Source: an uncultured Prolixibacteraceae bacterium (GTDB lineage: Bacteria > Bacteroidota > Bacteroidia > Bacteroidales > FEN-979). From it: a DNA stretch of 42,495 nucleotides. Made by a program: the position numbers and the translations under genes. Shown here in pieces: positions 37,304 through 42,495 of the stretch (positions are counted from its first letter, which is position 1; every line of letters begins with the position of its first letter). Where the stretch lies: NCBI GenBank assembly GCA_964355115.1, contig CAYHCQ010000006.1, positions 1 to 42,495 on the forward strand, in the 5' to 3' direction. Under the pieces are notes generated by a model that made no database searches, was not told where the DNA came from, and was given only the letters and a program-made list of their open reading frames with translations.

Positions 37304-40300
37304 ATGAAAAACTTTACTCTCAGGTCTTTCTTATTTCTGTTGTTTGCATGCTCCATTTCGGGAGGCTATTCCCAGACATGGCAATATGGAGCAGCTTTTG
37401 ACACAACGGCACCCCCTTCGGTATATTCCAAAGTAGCCTGCAGTTATCCGCGAACTTACCTCCTCGACTCGCTCAAATTTCCTTATCCTACTACCTCCTG
37501 GTTTAAATGCCTGTTCCTTTCAAGGCTGATCAATAATGTTTATCCCGATAGCATGGCCGGCTGTGCTCCGGTATTTACCTATCCCTATGCCGTTGGTTTG
37601 GGCGCCATGCCGGAACCGGGGTATACATCATACGCAAAAGCATGTAACAGACTAGGGCTCGGTTATCAGCCTTATGCGGTTACAGTTTCTTCAACTGGGT
37701 TTCCCGGAACCAATTCAGTCACTTTTTCCTCGGGCTTTGACTGGTATTTTGGCGCTGTTGATTCCAACCTTACCCCGGACATGATCACATTCAAGCCCTT
37801 CATCAAAAAGTACGATGACCTGTCGGTTACGCTGAAATACCGCCGTGAAGACGGACAGCCTGGCTATATGGAAGCTCCTATTGTCAAAGGCATGCCGTAT
37901 GTCACCATGAAATATTCAGGGATGACCCCTTACTTTGCTTCACAGGGACGCACCTTAATTGCCTATTCCACCGATGGGATAAATTATATAAACCTTCCCA
38001 ACCCCGGCCCCGTTACAGCCACGAGTAACAGGTTTGTCCTTCAAATGGCGGCTGATGGTGGCGGTAATAATTACATCTATTACGTATTGTACGCTTCTGA
38101 ACCTGTTACTGTTAATATATATTACAATTACATGAGCGAGGGATCTCCCTTTCAGGGTGCAGTGATCTTTCAAAATAATTTTACCGGATACCTGCGTGCT
38201 GCATATCTTGCAGCCAGATCAAACCCGGATACAAATGTTCATTATGATGACACTCAAAACATGGCGCAAAAGCTCACGGTACTGGACAATTATTGCAATT
38301 TCTACCCTACCGGTGGCACTTTTTCTGCATCTATCGATAGTAGTGCTGACATTGCAGACTTGAAATTCCAGTGGACCAGCAACGATCCGTCAAACGACTC
38401 CCTTTTAATGCTGGCGCTTCCGCATCACCTTGACATCATGAGTACATCTACACTTAGAGATACAGTTCTGACGCAATACCAGTGCATCAAGGGACAGCTT
38501 ACCGCTATCAGTGGTAAAACCTGGAATATGGAGGAACCATTGATCAACGCGGGGTGGATATCGCCGGATCATAACCTTGCCAATAATACAATCGATAAAT
38601 ATCGTCATGAACTTCTGACCACCCTCAAAGGAGATCGGGACACAATTGCCGGTGCCACCGCTTACATACCAGGGTACCTCAACCAAATCAATACCTCTAC
38701 GTATTTTGGCGGAAAGCAGCTGGCCAAAAAGGGCCGGCTCGCCGTGATCGGGGATGAACTGGAAACCTGGTTTCCGGAGGCTGACTCAGTATCTAAATCC
38801 ATTCGTGATACACTGAAAACAGAAATAAACCGATGGCTCGACGGTACTCCATTGGTCATTATGCCTGGCTGGCTGCAAAACGCATTCAGATATGATACCG
38901 TTTATGGGGGACTGGTAAACTTAATTGATCAGAATAATGTCGGCGCCGATTTTGGCAACTCAGTATATACCGACCACCACTTTCATTATGGGTACTTTCT
39001 TTACGCGGCAGCCACCCTTGCCAAAGGAGATTCCAACTGGGCCCAGACCTACAGGCAAAAGATCCTGCTTTTAGCAAGGGATATTGCAAATCCATCCGGC
39101 ACAGACAAGTATTTTGTCAAACACCGGAATAAGGACTGGTATGACGGTCATTGCTGGGCCCAGGGCCTTTCAGATGCATCGGGTGTTGGCAACAATCAGG
39201 AAAGTACCAGTGAGTCGGTGAACGCATGGTATGGAATGATGCTGCTTGGCCAGGCGCTTGGGGATAAAAATCTGGAAAATACCGGTCGTCTTTACGCATC
39301 CACAGAAATCCGGTCGGCAAAAAAGTACTGGCAAATTGGACCAAATTCCCATTACCCGGCCGGGTACACCAATTTTTACAAGGTGGTAGGAAATCTTTAC
39401 GCATCAAGTATTAATTCACTGGTGGCATTTGGTGCCCCTGGTGATCCCATGATGGTATATGGGATACAGATGATCCCGACCACTCCGGTTAATTATAATC
39501 TGTTGCATGAACCATGGAGCGATTCTGTTTATAACCAGTATTACGTAAATGCCCCGATGTTCATCTCCGATACTGCATCACAGCTGGAACTCCAATGGGC
39601 AACGGTAAATTTAGCAGCCTACAGTCTTTCCAAGCCTGGGAATGGTTATGCATTCTACCATAAAATGCTGGATAACTATTTATATTACTCGCAGGACGCT
39701 ACCCGGAACATAGTGAATTACGATGACGGGGAGAGCAAAACCAATGTCCTGTATAATACCATTGTTAGCGCTGGATCAAATGGACTTGACTATAAGCTGC
39801 TACTTGATGTCAGGCTCAAGGTGATCAGTGAGGATACCATGGGAAACTGCCAGGGAAAAATAGAGATTGAGGTCTTTAACAGTGAACAGGCCAACCCTCC
39901 ATTCCATTATTTCCTGCAAGTTGCCGGCAGTAAAGAGGAAGCGTATTACAGCAGCAAGTTTATCGACCACCTATGCCCGGGGACATACCTGCTGACTGTT
40001 ATTGACGCGGAGTTCAATATTGGTTTCGGACATGTGACCGTTAAGAATTTATTATCGGTGAATGAGAATACTTTTGACCACAATCTCCTTATATATCCGA
40101 ATCCTTCACCGGATGGCAGTTTTACCATAAACTGGGGGAAAACCGGGAAAAAAGCGATTGAAATCCTTGTTAGCAATAGCCATGGCCAGACGGTATTTTC
40201 CGGAAGAACAGTCTCCGGGGAAACTTGCAGTCAAACGATAAAACTGAAGGGCCAGCCTGCCGGAATTTATACGGTAACGGTAATCTTTGCTACCGGGGAA

Positions 40301-40339
40301 AAAGGACATGCGAAAATTGTAAATCGTAACCGCTTATAA
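37304..40339 (+). CDS. GH81 endo-beta-1,3-glucanase with T9SS CTD
   Basis: G.PY.T, ALPHH, DFGN..Y.DHHFHYGYF, NQES.SE catalytic motifs; IYPNPS CTD; TATCTTTG at 37247-37254. Confidence 0.9.
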   Translation: MKNFTLRSFLFLLFACSISGGYSQTWQYGAAFDTTAPPSVYSKVACSYPRTYLLDSLKFPYPTTSWFKCLFLSRLINNVYPDSMAGCAPVFTYPYAVGLGAMPEPGYTSYAKACNRLGLGYQPYAVTVSSTGFPGTNSVTFSSGFDWYFGAVDSNLTPDMITFKPFIKKYDDLSVTLKYRREDGQPGYMEAPIVKGMPYVTMKYSGMTPYFASQGRTLIAYSTDGINYINLPNPGPVTATSNRFVLQMAADGGGNNYIYYVLYASEPVTVNIYYNYMSEGSPFQGAVIFQNNFTGYLRAAYLAARSNPDTNVHYDDTQNMAQKLTVLDNYCNFYPTGGTFSASIDSSADIADLKFQWTSNDPSNDSLLMLALPHHLDIMSTSTLRDTVLTQYQCIKGQLTAISGKTWNMEEPLINAGWISPDHNLANNTIDKYRHELLTTLKGDRDTIAGATAYIPGYLNQINTSTYFGGKQLAKKGRLAVIGDELETWFPEADSVSKSIRDTLKTEINRWLDGTPLVIMPGWLQNAFRYDTVYGGLVNLIDQNNVGADFGNSVYTDHHFHYGYFLYAAATLAKGDSNWAQTYRQKILLLARDIANPSGTDKYFVKHRNKDWYDGHCWAQGLSDASGVGNNQESTSESVNAWYGMMLLGQALGDKNLENTGRLYASTEIRSAKKYWQIGPNSHYPAGYTNFYKVVGNLYASSINSLVAFGAPGDPMMVYGIQMIPTTPVNYNLLHEPWSDSVYNQYYVNAPMFISDTASQLELQWATVNLAAYSLSKPGNGYAFYHKMLDNYLYYSQDATRNIVNYDDGESKTNVLYNTIVSAGSNGLDYKLLLDVRLKVISEDTMGNCQGKIEIEVFNSEQANPPFHYFLQVAGSKEEAYYSSKFIDHLCPGTYLLTVIDAEFNIGFGHVTVKNLLSVNENTFDHNLLIYPNPSPDGSFTINWGKTGKKAIEILVSNSHGQTVFSGRTVSGETCSQTIKLKGQPAGIYTVTVIFATGEKGHAKIVNRNRL

Positions 40340-40408
40340 ACTAAAATATTCCTAACTGAAGAAAGGAGAAAAGCTATGACAGATTCATTAAAGACCACTT
40401 TCCGGATC

Positions 40409-41467
40409 ATGAAAAATCACCTCAATATCAAAGCGATGGCGCTACTCCTTTTTATTGTTGTGATGCTGAGTGTCAACTGCAAAAGCAAAACGGAAGAACA
40501 GCCAGGAACGGGAGAGACGCTTCGTTTCGTCTTCATGGCCGACTGCCGCGGTAAATCACCTGCGGATCAGGTGAACTACCCGGTGTTCAACACCATCATT
40601 GCTCAGATCGGTGCTTTGTCACCCAAGCCCTCCTTTGTAATGTTCGGCGGAGATATGTCCTACAGTGGCTATATCAATTCCGCTTATACATTCCAGGCAT
40701 GGAAAGACCTGTTTGCACCCCTCACCGGAAATGGAATATCCTTATACACGGTAATGGGCAATCATGAACTCTATCTAGAGAGCTCTGATTCCGGTTTCCA
40801 TATCGGAAACCAGCAGGCGTTCCAGCAGGTATTTTCGGAGAACCCCGCCAACGGGCCTGCCGGCTACGAGCACCTGGCTTATTCCTTCACTTCACCGGGG
40901 GGCAATTCCTTCTTCACAGTATTAGATGCCTACTTCCTCACACACAGCTTTAAAGACTCGACCATGGGGGGCAACATCGATTCTACCCAGATGTCATGGT
41001 TAAAAGCACAGGTGGCCCAAACCAAGGCAACACACAAATTCTTCTTCATGCATTCACCCTATTACTATGTCACATTCGACCCGGAAGAGCCATCCGCAGC
41101 AAACAAGTCCTATACAGAGCTCTGGGCTTTCCTTGACGCCAACAAGTTTGATATGTATGCCTGCGGACATTCGCATCTCTATTCCCGAAAGACTATTGAC
41201 AGCAGTGTCCTCCCGAATCCACAAACTACACCACCGACTCCCTTGTGGCAGAACAATGTTGTTCAGCTGCTAAATGGCACCTGCGGCACACACCCGGAGA
41301 CAACCCCCATCGATCCTGCCATTAGAACCCTCTGGAATGTGCACAATGACACCCTGACTTATTACTTCAGTGTTGTCGACATCTCGGGCAGCACTGTAAC
41401 GGTTAACAGTTACAGTGGTAGCACAGGGGCCTATAAAGTGTTCGACACCTTCACCATTACCAGGTAA
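40409..41467 (+). CDS. Calcineurin-like metallophosphoesterase, probable lipoprotein (start uncertain: 40376/40409/40436)
   Basis: D.R, GGD, GNHE, H.P, GHSH motifs; SVNC lipobox-like. Confidence 0.85.
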   Translation: MKNHLNIKAMALLLFIVVMLSVNCKSKTEEQPGTGETLRFVFMADCRGKSPADQVNYPVFNTIIAQIGALSPKPSFVMFGGDMSYSGYINSAYTFQAWKDLFAPLTGNGISLYTVMGNHELYLESSDSGFHIGNQQAFQQVFSENPANGPAGYEHLAYSFTSPGGNSFFTVLDAYFLTHSFKDSTMGGNIDSTQMSWLKAQVAQTKATHKFFFMHSPYYYVTFDPEEPSAANKSYTELWAFLDANKFDMYACGHSHLYSRKTIDSSVLPNPQTTPPTPLWQNNVVQLLNGTCGTHPETTPIDPAIRTLWNVHNDTLTYYFSVVDISGSTVTVNSYSGSTGAYKVFDTFTITR

Positions 41468-41554
41468 GAACACACATTGACAGTTTGCCCTTACCCGGCT
41501 ATTGGTTGATTATTATTTTCCTGGATTCAGTGCCTGTATGTAAAAAATGCCCGA

Positions 41555-41678
41555 GCAGAACTATCCCGCGCCTCTTGTAATCCCAAGGTGTTCAGCAATA
41601 TAGTTTGATTGGGAATGGTGCTTCCTATACCTTTAAGCTCTGCCAGTGCAGGGTGGGCTGCAGGTAATATCTTTACAT
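41555..41678 (-). pseudogene. Remnant of a close homolog of the first Fic gene
   Basis: 41555-41668 collinear with 22412-22525, then joined to AATATCTTTACAT matching 22709-22721. Confidence 0.85.
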
Positions 41679-41723
41679 ATTATACAGTAAGCCTTTTCTA
41701 TCTTTGCCGGTGAAATCCAACAA

Positions 41724-41830
41724 ATGCTGACTATGCACCTCATTTTGTTCATCGCCGCCGTAATTGTATGCGCCGCCTTCCTTGCCTTGCTCGAGATCCA
41801 GATTGAAGGGGCATCTGGTGGATCTTTATG
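41724..41830 (+). pseudogene. Probable truncated membrane protein gene
   Basis: Hydrophobic N-terminus then ALLEIQIEG..G behind a TATCTTTG promoter (41699-41706); the rest of the frame looks non-coding and overlaps the next gene. Confidence 0.4.
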
Positions 41831-41940
41831 CCCAAGCTCTACTGGATTCTTTTGCCGGCAGGGGTCATCCTGTATTATTTTTCTGAACCGGCAAGACCCT
41901 CGTGGTGAAACCAGAAGTATCCTCATCTTATTTTCCTTGT

Positions 41941-42495
41941 ATGAACAAGATAATGATCGTTTGTCTCTGCCTGCTCCTGGCCGCTCCGGCCGGTTCCCTG
42001 GTTGCCCAGAAGGGCTTCTGGAGTGCCGGGATCGAAGGTGGCCCTGGACTGTCGCTCATCTATGGCAGCCAAAGCATTTACAGCCATTCCACATTCTCGC
42101 TGGCGGGGGCGGCGGGGATTTTCGGTGAATATGGATTCGCCCGGAACTTCTCGGCCAAACTGGCTCTGCATTACGAGAGGATCAGCACCCGGACCGACAA
42201 TTACTCGGCCATGCTTCCCCCGGGCGGGATGTTGCAATACAACCTCGATTACATCTCTCTTCCGCTGCTGGTGAAATGGAGCTTCGGCGGCAGGATCAGG
42301 TTCTTTGTCAATGCCGGCCCGTGCCTGTCGCTGTTGATGCAGGAGTCGCTGTGGCATCTTCCTGAAAACGGCAGCAAGGTGAAGGTGGCGGAGGAAAAGG
42401 AGGCCTATGTTCCCGTCAACCTGGCGGTGACGGCCGGCGCCGGAGTGGCCATTCCCGTCGGAAAGAGTCTCCTGGTCACACTGGAGGTGCGCAAC
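41941..42495 (+). CDS. PorT-like outer-membrane beta-barrel protein, runs off the window (not in ORF track)
   Basis: MNKIMIVCLCLLLAAPAGSLVAQ signal; GIEGGPGLS, YNLDYISLPLLVK, FFVNAGP..S.L strands. Confidence 0.8.
   Translation, partial: MNKIMIVCLCLLLAAPAGSLVAQKGFWSAGIEGGPGLSLIYGSQSIYSHSTFSLAGAAGIFGEYGFARNFSAKLALHYERISTRTDNYSAMLPPGGMLQYNLDYISLPLLVKWSFGGRIRFFVNAGPCLSLLMQESLWHLPENGSKVKVAEEKEAYVPVNLAVTAGAGVAIPVGKSLLVTLEVRN

Larger units (their letters stand above)
21457..41900. mobile_element. tRNA-Asn-anchored accessory island / tandem cassette array (right boundary uncertain)
   Basis: Begins at the tRNA 3' end; repeated 28-bp site containing the tRNA 3' terminus; Fic/HipA genes, duplications and pseudogenes; no integrase in window. 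Confidence 0.7.

Overview
Bacteroidota (Bacteroidales-like) chromosomal window, judged from TAnnTTTG -7 promoters, T9SS C-terminal domains and the ftsX-DUF3098-uppP-truB gene order. Bases 1-21.4 kb are mostly ordinary: housekeeping genes, T9SS cargo, tRNA-Val(CAC), a higBA/WYL stress module, and two B12-radical SAM genes around an acyl-CoA dehydrogenase. From tRNA-Asn(GTT) (21381-21454) onward the window is an accessory island cut into 0.7-4.6 kb units by a co-oriented, strictly intergenic 28-bp site, GTTGCAACTTT-N6-TAAGGGGAGCC. There are four full copies (24398, 29036, 30934, 31707) and two left-half copies (22761, 34517). The right half of the site reproduces the tRNA-Asn 3' end (GGGGAGCC), and one copy is followed by a duplicate of the tRNA terminator. 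The units carry Fic proteins, a phosphatidylserine decarboxylase, a sensor kinase and lipoprotein enzymes, and most decayed fragments lie in the distal part. No integrase is visible in the window. The best candidate for an undescribed system is a tRNA-anchored, integron-like array of gene cassettes. Product calls come from motif recognition by eye, not database searches.
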